IMG/VR virus record: IMGVR_UViG_3300030099_006395
Location: 1-64,000 of that record
Origin: a virus
Strand: one strand, 5' to 3'
Length of the DNA stretch: 64,000 nucleotides
Numbering within the stretch: the stretch's first letter is position 1; every line of letters begins with the position of its first letter. A program made the translations under genes and the position numbers. Positions 36,443-46,343 of the stretch are shown piece after piece. The notes under the pieces were generated by a model that did not search any database, was not told the origin of the DNA, and saw only the letters and a program-made list of their open reading frames with translations.

Positions 36443-37561
36443 ATGTCAGAAAAAGACAACTTGGCTAGTGTAATAGCTGGTGAATTAAATAAACAATTCA
36501 AACATCAAAAGGTGGCTTATTTTCTTGAAGAAGATGAGAATCCAACAGATGTTACTGATTTTATTTCAACAGGTTCAACGATGTTAGATTTAGCTATTTC
36601 CAATAGACCAAATGGTGGTATTGCCGTAGGTAAAATCACCGAATTAAATGGTTTAGAAGGTAGTGGTAAATCTTTGATAGGTTCTCATCTATTGGCTTCA
36701 ACACAAAAGAAAGATGGTATAGCAGTTTATATAGATACCGAATCAGCAGTATCTCAAGAATTTTTGAGAGCTATTGGTGTGGATACTAAAAATATGTTAT
36801 ATGTACATCTTGAAACTGTTGAAGAGATATTTGATACTATTGAAACAATTGTTACTAAAATCAGAGAATCAAACAAAGATAAGTTAGTTACAATCTTGGT
36901 TGACTCATTAGCAGCTGCTTCTACGAAAGTGGAGATGGATGCTGACTTTGATAAAGATGGTTGGGCAACAGCCAAAGCAATCATCATATCAAAAGCTATG
37001 AGAAAAGTAACACAGATGATAGCACGACAAAAAGTTGCATTGGTTTTCACAAATCAATTACGACAAAAGTTGGGTGTAATGTTTGGAGATCCTTGGACTA
37101 CTTCAGGTGGTAAGGCTCTACCATTTCATTCATCAACTCGTGTTAGATTCAAAAACGCAGGACAAATCAAAGATGGTAGTAAGAATACTATCGGTATTAA
37201 GATAAAAGGACAAGTGATTAAGAATCGTCTTGGTCCTCCAATGAGAACTGCAGAGTTTCCATTATATTTTGATACAGGTATTGCCGACTACGATAGTTGG
37301 TTAACTGTGATGAAAGAACATAAAATCTGTAAAGTTGGTGGTTCGTGGTATACATTACCACAAGTTGATACTGAAACTGGTGAATTAATTAAAGAACACA
37401 AATTTCAATCAAAAGATTTTGAAGAATTAATGAATACTAATGATGAATTAAGAGAGTATTGTTATCAACAAATCTGTGAAGCTTGTATTCTTAAATATGA
37501 TTCTAAAGAATTAGGTATTGATGATGTAGAAGAAACTGATGAGGTAGTAGATGAACTCTAA
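36443..37561 (+). CDS. uvsX: RecA-like recombinase
   Basis: ISTGS..LD, GLEGSGKS, YIDTE, VDSLAA, FTNQLR, TTSGGKAL.F, KNR..PP. Confidence 0.95.
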   Translation: MSEKDNLASVIAGELNKQFKHQKVAYFLEEDENPTDVTDFISTGSTMLDLAISNRPNGGIAVGKITELNGLEGSGKSLIGSHLLASTQKKDGIAVYIDTESAVSQEFLRAIGVDTKNMLYVHLETVEEIFDTIETIVTKIRESNKDKLVTILVDSLAAASTKVEMDADFDKDGWATAKAIIISKAMRKVTQMIARQKVALVFTNQLRQKLGVMFGDPWTTSGGKALPFHSSTRVRFKNAGQIKDGSKNTIGIKIKGQVIKNRLGPPMRTAEFPLYFDTGIADYDSWLTVMKEHKICKVGGSWYTLPQVDTETGELIKEHKFQSKDFEELMNTNDELREYCYQQICEACILKYDSKELGIDDVEETDEVVDEL

Positions 37562-38615
37562 AAAAGACTTAAATGAAAAATTTATATCTTTCTTGGATAA
37601 AACTAAAAACAATGAAAAAAAATCAGTAACACATCTGAATGACAGAGTATTGATTGTAGACGGCCTGAATACATTTATCAGGTCGTTTGCAGTTAATCCT
37701 GCTATTAATGAAGATGGATTGCACATTGGTGGTATGATGGGTTTTTTAAAATCATTGAGATATACATCAGACATTTTAAAGCCGTCAAGAGTTATTGTTG
37801 TGTTCGATGGAAAAAATGGTAGTGGTAGGAGACAGAAAATATATCCAGAATACAAATCAACTCGCAAAGTTAAGCGTAGGTTGAATCGTAATGTGGATTG
37901 GGGTACAGCTCCACAAGATGAACAACAATCTATGAAACAGCAAATGGGTAGATTGATTGAGTATTTAGAACAACTACCTTTGACTTTAATTTGTGTAGAT
38001 GGGATAGAGGCTGATGATACAATGGCTTATATATCTCAACAAGTGCTTAAAGATAGTGATATATTTATAATGTCTACAGATAAAGATTTTATTCAATTAG
38101 TAGACGATAGAGTAAAAATTTGGTCACCAACAAAAAAGAAACTTTATGATAAGAATAAAGTATTTGAAGAATATGGTATACATTCACATAACATGTTAAC
38201 TTATAGAATACTAGATGGTGACAAGTCAGATAACATAGATGGAATAAAAGGTGCAGGACTTAAAACTCTAAAAAAATTCTGCCCACAATTTTCTTCTATA
38301 GAAAAATTTACAGCTAAAGATTTATTAGAATTTGTAGAAAAATCAGATTCTAAAATAAAACTGTTGGAAAATATAAAAAAAAGTAGTAATATTGTTAAAC
38401 GAAATTATTTACTAATGCAATTAAACAATGTAGACATACCAAACCACACTAAAATGAAAATACAAGGAGCTGTGAATGGTGATGTTCCGCAACTAATTAA
38501 GTATAAATTTCAAACAATGTTTTTAAAGGATAAATTAACATCTGCTATTCCTAATCTTGATTCTTGGATTATGGAGTTTACCAGATTAGATAGATTTAGA
38601 GGATTGAATGGATAA
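37551..38615 (+). CDS. 5'-3' exonuclease/flap endonuclease (T4 RNase H-like)
   Basis: IVDGLN, VFDG, YPEYK..R, EADD, STDKDF.QL, GDKSDNIDGIKG.G. Confidence 0.92.
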   Translation: MNSKKDLNEKFISFLDKTKNNEKKSVTHLNDRVLIVDGLNTFIRSFAVNPAINEDGLHIGGMMGFLKSLRYTSDILKPSRVIVVFDGKNGSGRRQKIYPEYKSTRKVKRRLNRNVDWGTAPQDEQQSMKQQMGRLIEYLEQLPLTLICVDGIEADDTMAYISQQVLKDSDIFIMSTDKDFIQLVDDRVKIWSPTKKKLYDKNKVFEEYGIHSHNMLTYRILDGDKSDNIDGIKGAGLKTLKKFCPQFSSIEKFTAKDLLEFVEKSDSKIKLLENIKKSSNIVKRNYLLMQLNNVDIPNHTKMKIQGAVNGDVPQLIKYKFQTMFLKDKLTSAIPNLDSWIMEFTRLDRFRGLNG

Positions 38616-39960
38616 ACTAAATGAATTTGGACACACATTTCAGATAAAATCAATTGCTAGTTTGATGAAGAATCAAACATTTCTTGAACAGATACATGAT
38701 ATATTAGATGATAAACACTATGACAGTGATTCTTTAAAATGGTTAGTAAAGGAATGTAAAAAATATTATGATGAATACAGAAAGTGTATTACACTTGATG
38801 TATTTAAAGTTAAAACACAAGAAGTTGAAAATGATATTCTAAAAGTAGCTATTGTAGAAAATTTAAAAGAAGTATTTAAACACATAGAATCACCTGATTT
38901 AGAATTTGTACAAGATAAAGCACTTGATTTTTTTAAAAATCAAACTTTAAAAAATGCAATTTTAGAATCGGTTGAAATTATGGAATCAAAAGGTGATTAT
39001 GATATAATCAAGAGATTGGTGGATGACGCTTTAAATGCTGGTACGGAAAGAAATATAGGACACGAATACATTGAGCACATTGAAGATAGATATTCAGAAA
39101 CAGCTCGTGAAACTGTATCTACTGGTTGGGAAGTGATTGATGAATTAACTCAAGGTGGTTTAGGTGGTGGTGAACTTGGTGTGATTGTAGCACCTGCTGG
39201 TGTTGGTAAGACTTGGGTATTAGCTGCGATTGGTGCTAACGCAATGAAGAAAGGAAAACATATAGTTCATTATTCACTTGAGTTAAATGAATCTTATGTA
39301 GGTTTAAGATATGATAGTATCTTCACAGGTATTGCAAATCAAAACTTAAAGTTTCACAAAGAAGATGTACAAAGTGAAATGGATAAATTAAAAGGTGATT
39401 TGGTGATTAAATATTATCCAACTAAAACTGCTAGTGTGAATACCTTATCAGCACATTTGAAACGAATTACAACATTAGGAACTCAAGTTGATATGGTAGT
39501 TGTAGATTACGCTGACATACTTAAAGATACAGGCACTGCAAGAGAAGTAAGACACGCACTTGGAAACATCTATGAAGACTTGAGAGGATTGGCTGGTGAG
39601 TTTCAAATACCTGTTTGGACGGCTTCACAAGCTAATCGTTCAGCATTAGATGAAGATGTGATTGAGGCACAGAAAGTATCTGAATCATATCAAAAGATTA
39701 TGACAGCAGATTTTGTAATGTCATTAAGTAGAAAAGTAGAAGATAAGATTGGTAACACAGGTAGATTTCATGTAATCAAAAACAGATTCGGACCTGATGG
39801 TATTACTTATCCTGCTAAAGTAAATACTAATACTGGTAAAATGGAGATATATGAATCATCATCTGTCGGTGGACAAGAACAACAACAAAAAATTGATAAT
39901 CGTGACAACATCATGAAAAAAATGTTATCTAATAGATATGAAGATTTGATGAATGAATAA
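38608..39960 (+). CDS. replicative DnaB-like helicase (gp41-like)
   Basis: APAGVGKT, SLEL, VVDYAD, TASQANR, KNRFG. Confidence 0.92.
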   Translation: MDKLNEFGHTFQIKSIASLMKNQTFLEQIHDILDDKHYDSDSLKWLVKECKKYYDEYRKCITLDVFKVKTQEVENDILKVAIVENLKEVFKHIESPDLEFVQDKALDFFKNQTLKNAILESVEIMESKGDYDIIKRLVDDALNAGTERNIGHEYIEHIEDRYSETARETVSTGWEVIDELTQGGLGGGELGVIVAPAGVGKTWVLAAIGANAMKKGKHIVHYSLELNESYVGLRYDSIFTGIANQNLKFHKEDVQSEMDKLKGDLVIKYYPTKTASVNTLSAHLKRITTLGTQVDMVVVDYADILKDTGTAREVRHALGNIYEDLRGLAGEFQIPVWTASQANRSALDEDVIEAQKVSESYQKIMTADFVMSLSRKVEDKIGNTGRFHVIKNRFGPDGITYPAKVNTNTGKMEIYESSSVGGQEQQQKIDNRDNIMKKMLSNRYEDLMNE

Positions 39961-40213
39961 GATATTACATTTAAACTTATACAGGAAGTATTTTGATGAA
40001 ATAGCTAATGGAACTAAAACTATTGAATACAGAGATAGAACTGATTATTGGAAAAAAAGAATAGAACATAAAGAATATGATGTTATAAAATTCAGAAATG
40101 GTTACGCTAAAAATGCACCAACTATGTTAGTTGAATATAAAGGTTGGGATGTAAATGAAGATGGTGAATATGAATTGTATTTAGGAAAAATAATAGAGGT
40201 AAATTATGAGTGA
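39953..40213 (+). CDS. ASCH domain protein
   Basis: LHL.L..KYFDEIANGTKTIEYR...YW..R...F.NGY. Confidence 0.8.
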   Translation: MNKILHLNLYRKYFDEIANGTKTIEYRDRTDYWKKRIEHKEYDVIKFRNGYAKNAPTMLVEYKGWDVNEDGEYELYLGKIIEVNYE

Positions 40214-40343
40214 AGATTATTGGGATACACATTATCCAACACATATAGAAGTACCAGAAGGTTATTGGACAATAACTACTACTATTGTTGAAGAATATAA
40301 CCCAAATAAATATTGGCACAATAAGGAAGATAATGAAAATTAA
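40206..40343 (+). CDS. small hypothetical protein (45 aa, not in ORF track)
   Basis: MSEDYWDTHYP...; GAGG SD; fills the gap and overlaps both neighbours. Confidence 0.5.
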   Translation: MSEDYWDTHYPTHIEVPEGYWTITTTIVEEYNPNKYWHNKEDNEN

Positions 40344-40674
40344 ATTAGATAAAACAGATAGTAAAGTAATACATTCAAATGAAACATATGATGTTATAGA
40401 TAATACAAATCTAAATAATCTTATAGTTTCAAAAACTATATTACATGAGGGAAAAGAAACTGGTGGTCACAATCACAAAGGACAAGAAGAAGTTTATATA
40501 TTTACAGAGGGTTCTGGTGTGATGCAAATAGATGATGAAAAGTTTTTAGTTACGAAAGGTGATATAGTATTAATACCAGATGGAGCATTCCATAAAGTAT
40601 TTAACACAAGTAACTATAAGGCAAACAATCCTTTAATATTTGTATGTGTATTTGATGGTGGGAGAAATCATTAA
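40333..40674 (+). CDS. cupin domain protein
   Basis: GHNHKGQEEVYIFTEGSG...GDIVLIPDGAFHKVFN; start adjusted to ATG 40333. Confidence 0.85.
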   Translation: MKIKLDKTDSKVIHSNETYDVIDNTNLNNLIVSKTILHEGKETGGHNHKGQEEVYIFTEGSGVMQIDDEKFLVTKGDIVLIPDGAFHKVFNTSNYKANNPLIFVCVFDGGRNH

Positions 40675-41299
40675 AGTATCTGATTTTATAATAGAACCTG
40701 TACCTCGTAGTGCTATTCAATCATTTGTACATAAATGGCATTATTCACATGATACTAATGGTGTACAACAAACACAATGTTTTGCTTTGTTTGATGACAA
40801 TAGAATGATAGGTGCTATGATATATGCTTTACCATCCATGAAATCAACAGCAGCAAAATATAATCCAGATAATCCTGATAGGTGTTGGGAGTTACGAAGA
40901 TTATGTTGTATTGATGATACACCAACAAACACAGAAAGTTATTTTATAGGGCAGACTTTAAGGTGGATAAGACAAAATACTGATATAGAAGTTATTGTAT
41001 CTTATGCTGATTTAGAACAAGGGCATGAAGGAGTCATTTATAAAGCCACTAACTTTCATTATTTAGGCCAAAGTGGTGGTGGTAGAAATTTAATGGTAGA
41101 TGGAAAAAAGTTTCACGCTAGGTCTTTAAATCAAAAAGAAAAACCCTATGGTAGGGATTTAAAAAGAAGATGGGAAAACAAAGAGGGGCATAGTTTTTGG
41201 GATTCAAAACAAGATATGTATTTTGTAAATACAAAACCAAAAAATATCTATGTTTATTACTTAAATAAAAAAATAAAAAAGAAATTACTTAAAAAATGA
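40655..41299 (+). CDS. Mom-like (GNAT-fold) DNA modification protein
   Basis: WHYSH, ELRRLC, NTESYFIG, VSYAD..QGHEGVIYKATNF.Y.G; start uncertain. Confidence 0.75.
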   Translation: MVGEIIKVSDFIIEPVPRSAIQSFVHKWHYSHDTNGVQQTQCFALFDDNRMIGAMIYALPSMKSTAAKYNPDNPDRCWELRRLCCIDDTPTNTESYFIGQTLRWIRQNTDIEVIVSYADLEQGHEGVIYKATNFHYLGQSGGGRNLMVDGKKFHARSLNQKEKPYGRDLKRRWENKEGHSFWDSKQDMYFVNTKPKNIYVYYLNKKIKKKLLKK

Positions 41300-41311
41300 T
41301 ATTTATAAATG
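41299..41311 (+). promoter_or_regulatory. putative late-type promoter upstream of RNR
   Basis: ATATTTATAAATG. Confidence 0.45.
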
Positions 41312-41356
41312 TCCAACCAAAAGGTTGTATTTTAAACTCAAGGAGAAAAAATAAAA

Positions 41357-43372
41357 ATGGATTATAAGAGATTTTCACTGTCAGATAATTTTATAGATGG
41401 TTACAAAAGAAAAAAACCCCCTTTCGGATTCAATGGATTAGGGGAACTTGTCTATATGAGAACTTATTCTCGTATAAAAGAAGACGGAAAAAACGAAATG
41501 TGGTGGGAAACTTGTCAACGAGTAGTTGAAGGTACTTACAACATGCAAAAAAAATGGATAGAATCACACCATTTAGGGTGGAATGCGTGGCAAGCTCAAA
41601 GGTCAGCTCAAGAAATGTACGACCGAATGTTTAATATGAAGTTTTTGCCACCTGGCCGAGGTCTATGGGCTATGGGAACACCAATCACAGAAGAACGAGG
41701 TTTATACGCCGCCCTTAACAATTGTGCATTTGTATCAACTGATAATCTCAAAGAGGATTTATCAAAACCATTCTGTTTCTTAATGGATGCTTCAATGGTT
41801 GGAGTTGGTGTAGGATTTGATACAAAGGGTGCAGAACAATTCGTAGTCAGAGGTCCTAAAACAGATAGAGAAACAGAAACATATGTAATACCTGATACAA
41901 GAGAAGGTTGGGTAGAATCTGTAAGACGATTATTAGATTCATACTTTCTTGGTATAACAGGTGTTAATTTTGATTATTCTAAAATTAGACCAGAGGGTGC
42001 ACCAATCAAAGGTTTTGGTGGTGTATCGAGTGGATACAAACCATTAGAAGAAGTACACAAATCTGTATCAGAATGTTTAGATAAAAACATAGGTTCACCA
42101 ATATCAATAACCACAATCGTAGACATAATGAATTTGATTGGTAAATGTGTTGTAGCAGGTAATGTTAGAAGAACTGCTGAAATAGTGTTTGGTGATCCTG
42201 AATCAGAAGAATATATTAATTTAAAAAATTATAAAAAGAACCCTCATAGAGAAATGTATGGTTGGACATCTAACAATTCAGTATTTGCTGAGTTAGGACA
42301 AGACTATACAGATATAGCAGAAAGAATTATAGACAATGGAGAACCAGGACTTGCGTGGTTAGATAATATGAAACACTATTCAAGAATGAAGAATGGTGGT
42401 GATGATAAAGACCATAGAGTTGCAGGTGGTAATCCTTGTCTTGAACAATCATTGGAATCATATGAATTATGTTGTTTGGTAGAAACATTTCCACATAATC
42501 ATAAAGATTTAGATGATTATTTAACAACATTAAAATACGCATATCTATATGCAAAAACTGTTACACTTGGAAAAACACATTGGCCTGAAACCAATCGTGT
42601 AATGTTGAGAAACAGAAGGATAGGTTGTAGTGTGAGTGGTATTGCACAATTCATTACACATAGAGGACAAGGTGAATTGAGAAATTGGTTGGAATCAGGT
42701 TATGATAAACTACAAGAGTATGATAAAAACTATTCAGATTGGTTTGCAGTACCTCGTAGTATAAAAACTACATCAGTAAAACCAAGTGGTACAGTTTCAT
42801 TGTTGGCTGGCTCTACACCAGGTCTACATTATCCAGAAAGTAGGTTCTATATCAGAAGAATTAGGTTATCGGTGAACTCACCATTAATCAAACCTTTAGA
42901 AAAAGCTGGTTATAAAATTGAACCTGCATTTGGTAGTGAAGATTCAACAGTAGTAATCGAAGTACCTGTAGATGTAGGTGAAGGAATCAGAACAGTGAGT
43001 GAAGTTCCAATGTGGGAACAAATGGCATTAGCAGCATTTATGCAAAGGTATTGGGCGGATAATCAAGTAAGTTGTACGGTTACATTTGACCCTGAAAAAG
43101 AAGGTCCTATGATAGCGACAGCACTTAACTATTTTCAATATCAGTTAAAAGGTATCTCATTCTTACCTAAATTAGAATTAGGTGCTTATAAACAAATGCC
43201 ATATGAAGAAATATCTGAAAAAAAATATAACGAAATGGTAAAGAAATTAAGTTTCTTATCATTCAGACAGGTAAAAGGTAATGAAGCTGAGATTGATAAA
43301 TTCTGTAATAATGACACTTGTGAAATTGATTTGGAAGCAATTAAAGAAACTCAAGAAATGGAGAACGCATAA
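41357..43372 (+). CDS. nrdJ: class II (adenosylcobalamin-dependent) ribonucleotide reductase
   Basis: RTYSR, PPGRGLW, LNNC, GNVRRTAE, NPCLEQ, CCLVE, VKPSGTVS; C-terminal FCNNDTC. Confidence 0.92.
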   Translation: MDYKRFSLSDNFIDGYKRKKPPFGFNGLGELVYMRTYSRIKEDGKNEMWWETCQRVVEGTYNMQKKWIESHHLGWNAWQAQRSAQEMYDRMFNMKFLPPGRGLWAMGTPITEERGLYAALNNCAFVSTDNLKEDLSKPFCFLMDASMVGVGVGFDTKGAEQFVVRGPKTDRETETYVIPDTREGWVESVRRLLDSYFLGITGVNFDYSKIRPEGAPIKGFGGVSSGYKPLEEVHKSVSECLDKNIGSPISITTIVDIMNLIGKCVVAGNVRRTAEIVFGDPESEEYINLKNYKKNPHREMYGWTSNNSVFAELGQDYTDIAERIIDNGEPGLAWLDNMKHYSRMKNGGDDKDHRVAGGNPCLEQSLESYELCCLVETFPHNHKDLDDYLTTLKYAYLYAKTVTLGKTHWPETNRVMLRNRRIGCSVSGIAQFITHRGQGELRNWLESGYDKLQEYDKNYSDWFAVPRSIKTTSVKPSGTVSLLAGSTPGLHYPESRFYIRRIRLSVNSPLIKPLEKAGYKIEPAFGSEDSTVVIEVPVDVGEGIRTVSEVPMWEQMALAAFMQRYWADNQVSCTVTFDPEKEGPMIATALNYFQYQLKGISFLPKLELGAYKQMPYEEISEKKYNEMVKKLSFLSFRQVKGNEAEIDKFCNNDTCEIDLEAIKETQEMENA

Positions 43373-43577
43373 TCCATTTACCAAACATCCGAAACAAAAT
43401 GCGGATGAAACTTGGTGGGAACATTTAAAGTTTGCAACTCATATTGGGTTTAGATTATTTTTTACATCATTTTATTTTATAATACATGGTGTACTTCCAT
43501 TTATTAAAATACCGAAATGGATTAACATTTCTGCTACGGCAGAATATTTATTAAAAGAGAATAGGAAAAGAAAATAA
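43281..43577 (+). CDS. small membrane protein (DUF6356-like)
   Basis: NPFTKHP....ETWWEHLKFA...IIHGVLPF; true start probably downstream of the annotated one. Confidence 0.55.
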   Translation: MKLRLINSVIMTLVKLIWKQLKKLKKWRTHNPFTKHPKQNADETWWEHLKFATHIGFRLFFTSFYFIIHGVLPFIKIPKWINISATAEYLLKENRKRK

Positions 43578-44074
43578 TGAAAATAGATTGGAAGAAATCA
43601 GTAATAATATTAAGTGGTGGGTTCGACCCAATACACAAAGGACATATGAGAATGTTCAGAGAAGCTAGTAATTTAGGACATCAAGTAATCGTAGGATTAA
43701 ATTCAGACGAATGGTTAACAAGAAAAAAAGGTAAACCATTTATGGAGTTCTACGAAAGAAAAGAAATACTTGAAGGTATAAAATATATTAGTTCAGTTGT
43801 AAAGTTTGATGATTCTGATGATACTGCTAATTCACTAATTACTCAAGTTAGAACTACATATAATGGTGGAATGTTTAATCACGACTTTGAAGATAAAAAC
43901 CCAACAGGTAGAAATGATTATAGGATATATTTCGCTAATGGTGGAGATAGAGGTAAAGGTAACACACCTGAAATGGACACTTGTAGAAAACTCGATGTAA
44001 CAATGTTATGGGGAATAGGTGGTGGTAAAATTCAATCATCATCATGGTTAATTAATGGAGGAAAAAATGAGTAG
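43577..44074 (+). CDS. cytidylyltransferase-family nucleotidyltransferase
   Basis: SGGFDPIHKGH, VGLNSDEWL.RKKG, FANGGDR, KIQSSS. Confidence 0.88.
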   Translation: MKIDWKKSVIILSGGFDPIHKGHMRMFREASNLGHQVIVGLNSDEWLTRKKGKPFMEFYERKEILEGIKYISSVVKFDDSDDTANSLITQVRTTYNGGMFNHDFEDKNPTGRNDYRIYFANGGDRGKGNTPEMDTCRKLDVTMLWGIGGGKIQSSSWLINGGKNE

Positions 44075-44222
44075 AGGAACACCTGAACAATATTTACAGA
44101 TGTTTTTGTCTGAACAAATTATGCCAAATGAATGGTATAGGATATTAAAAGAAAGACCTGATGTAAATAAATTATATCAAAAATACCTGGAGAAAAGAAA
44201 TGTGGAACATAAAACTAATTAA
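44067..44222 (+). CDS. small hypothetical protein (51 aa, not in ORF track)
   Basis: MSRGTPEQYLQMF...; GGAGG SD. Confidence 0.55.
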   Translation: MSRGTPEQYLQMFLSEQIMPNEWYRILKERPDVNKLYQKYLEKRNVEHKTN

Positions 44223-45537
44223 AAATATATTTAAAGTATTTTGTTTACTTGGATTAATACTATTATTTTGTAATAGTTGTCAAGATTCAAATCCAATGAC
44301 AATGGAAGAACCTTGTTGTGTGAATCCTCCTGATTTAGATTTAAGGTCTGAAGAACAACATACGGTGATGCCTGGTGAACTACCACAACCAATGATTGTC
44401 GGTGGTGAGGAAGTAAACCCAGCTTGTCCTAATTGTAAATATGATTTCATGGTTTCATTACAAACAGATGGTTGGTTTGGTGGACACTTTTGTGGTGGTT
44501 CATTGGTTAGAGAAGATTGGGTTGTGACAGCTGCTCATTGTGTTCAAGGTACTTCACCAAATAGTATTGAAGTGGTTATCGGATTACATAATGTAAACGG
44601 AACTACAGGACAACAAACAAGAAATGTATCGGAAATAATCATACATCCACAATATAGTGGTAACTCTTTAAATAACGATTATGCTCTGTTGAGATTATCA
44701 TCACCAATCACAGATTTTGAACCGATTAAATTATGTACAGATACTGCACACGATGAAGAACCTGTAATGTCAACAACAATGGGTTGGGGAGCAATATATA
44801 GTGGTGGTCCTTCATCAAGTGTATTACTTGAAGTAGATGTACCCATTGATGATTCTTGTGGTAACTATTCTAATTCAGATATAACAAACAATATGGTATG
44901 TGCTGGTGATGGAAATGGTGGTGAAGATTCTTGTCAAGGAGATAGTGGAGGCCCTTTGATTATGACAAACTCTGATGGTGAGTATGAGTTAATCGGAATA
45001 GTAAGTTGGGGTTATGGTTGTGCTGAAGCTCAGTATCCGGGTGTGTACTCTAAAATTCATAGTAGATTAAATTGGTTCTTTAGTTACATTGGAGAACCTG
45101 AAGAAGATTTTGTAGTAGATTTATATGGTGATGTTAACTTTGATAATTCATTGGATATAACAGATGTTATATTATTGATTAACTTTGTTTTAGGACAAAC
45201 ACCAACAGAAGAGGAATCATTAACTGCTGATATGAATCAAGATGGTATTGTAAATATACTTGATGTGATATTGTTAGTTAATGAAATATTAGGAACAACA
45301 TTTAGTCAATCTGTACAATGGTTGGAAGAAAACTTTCCATCATTAAAAACAAAAGAAAGATTAAGTAAATTAGATAAATCACAATTTTTTGCAAAAAGAA
45401 ACAATTGTATTCAATTACAAAAAGAATTTGATATCTTACTAAAAGAATATGAAGAATTAGAAACAAGATATAGATTACTACAGAAATTAGATTTAGATAA
45501 ACAAAAAATTATAAAAAAATTATCGGAGGAAAAATGA
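44200..45537 (+). CDS. secreted/lipoprotein trypsin-like S1 protease with dockerin domain
   Basis: Hydrophobic leader ending FCNSC; IVGG, TAAHC, NDYALL, DSCQGDSGGP; dockerin GDVNFDNSLDITDV / ADMNQDGIVNILDV; C-terminal coiled coil. Confidence 0.9.
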   Translation: MWNIKLIKNIFKVFCLLGLILLFCNSCQDSNPMTMEEPCCVNPPDLDLRSEEQHTVMPGELPQPMIVGGEEVNPACPNCKYDFMVSLQTDGWFGGHFCGGSLVREDWVVTAAHCVQGTSPNSIEVVIGLHNVNGTTGQQTRNVSEIIIHPQYSGNSLNNDYALLRLSSPITDFEPIKLCTDTAHDEEPVMSTTMGWGAIYSGGPSSSVLLEVDVPIDDSCGNYSNSDITNNMVCAGDGNGGEDSCQGDSGGPLIMTNSDGEYELIGIVSWGYGCAEAQYPGVYSKIHSRLNWFFSYIGEPEEDFVVDLYGDVNFDNSLDITDVILLINFVLGQTPTEEESLTADMNQDGIVNILDVILLVNEILGTTFSQSVQWLEENFPSLKTKERLSKLDKSQFFAKRNNCIQLQKEFDILLKEYEELETRYRLLQKLDLDKQKIIKKLSEEK

Positions 45538-45923
45538 TGGGGAAAAAAATGGATAAACATATTTACTCAGCAAAACTTCAAAGAGTCGTAGATGGTGACA
45601 CTTGTGATGCTCTAATTGACTTGGGTTTTGATACTTGGGTTAAGAAAAGAATTAGATTTTATGGAGTGGATACTTGGGAATCAAGGACACGGAACAAAGA
45701 AGAAAAGGTAAAAGGATTAGCTGCAAAAGCATATACAAAAGATTTATTAGAAAATTCAGACGAGGGTAAGTTCTTATTAAAATCTCACGGAGTTGGGAAA
45801 TATGGACGGGTCCTCGGTGAACTATTTGTAAAAGGTCACGAACAATCAGTAAATGAATTGTTGAAAGAAAACGGACATGCTAGTGCTTACTATGGTGGAA
45901 AGAAAAAAGTGTTCGGAGGATAA
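45534..45923 (+). CDS. thermonuclease (SNase-like)
   Basis: RVVDGDT, RIRFYGVDTWESR, GKYGRVLG. Confidence 0.85.
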   Translation: MMGKKMDKHIYSAKLQRVVDGDTCDALIDLGFDTWVKKRIRFYGVDTWESRTRNKEEKVKGLAAKAYTKDLLENSDEGKFLLKSHGVGKYGRVLGELFVKGHEQSVNELLKENGHASAYYGGKKKVFGG

Positions 45924-46322
45924 ATGAAAATAGGTTTTACTTGTAGTTGTTTTGATTTATTACACGCTGGACATATATTGATGTTAAAAGATGCTAAATC
46001 ACAATGTGATAAATTAATAGTTGGATTACAAACAGACCCAACATTAGACAGGCCAGAAAAAAACAAACCAATCCAAACATTAAAAGAACGTAAGATACAA
46101 CTTGAAGCTGTAAAATATGTAGATGATATATTTGTATATGATACGGAGGAAGAGTTGTATCATTTGTTAAAATTAATAAATCCTGATATAAGAATATTAG
46201 GTTCTGATTATGAAGATGGTAGATATTATACCGGAGTGGAGTTAAATATTCCAATATATTTTCATAAAAGAAATCATAATTATTCCTCAACAAATTTACG
46301 AAAAAAAGCTTGTTTAAAATAA
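45924..46322 (+). CDS. glycerol-3-phosphate cytidylyltransferase-like
   Basis: FDLLHAGH, VGLQTDP, R.HNYSSTNLR. Confidence 0.85.
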   Translation: MKIGFTCSCFDLLHAGHILMLKDAKSQCDKLIVGLQTDPTLDRPEKNKPIQTLKERKIQLEAVKYVDDIFVYDTEEELYHLLKLINPDIRILGSDYEDGRYYTGVELNIPIYFHKRNHNYSSTNLRKKACLK

Positions 46323-46338
46323 ATAAAGGTTGTATATT
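46310..46338 (+). promoter_or_regulatory. sigma70-type promoter directly before polB
   Basis: TTGTTT-N17-TATATT, only 5 nt before ATG 46344. Confidence 0.6.
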
Positions 46339-46343
46339 CTAGT

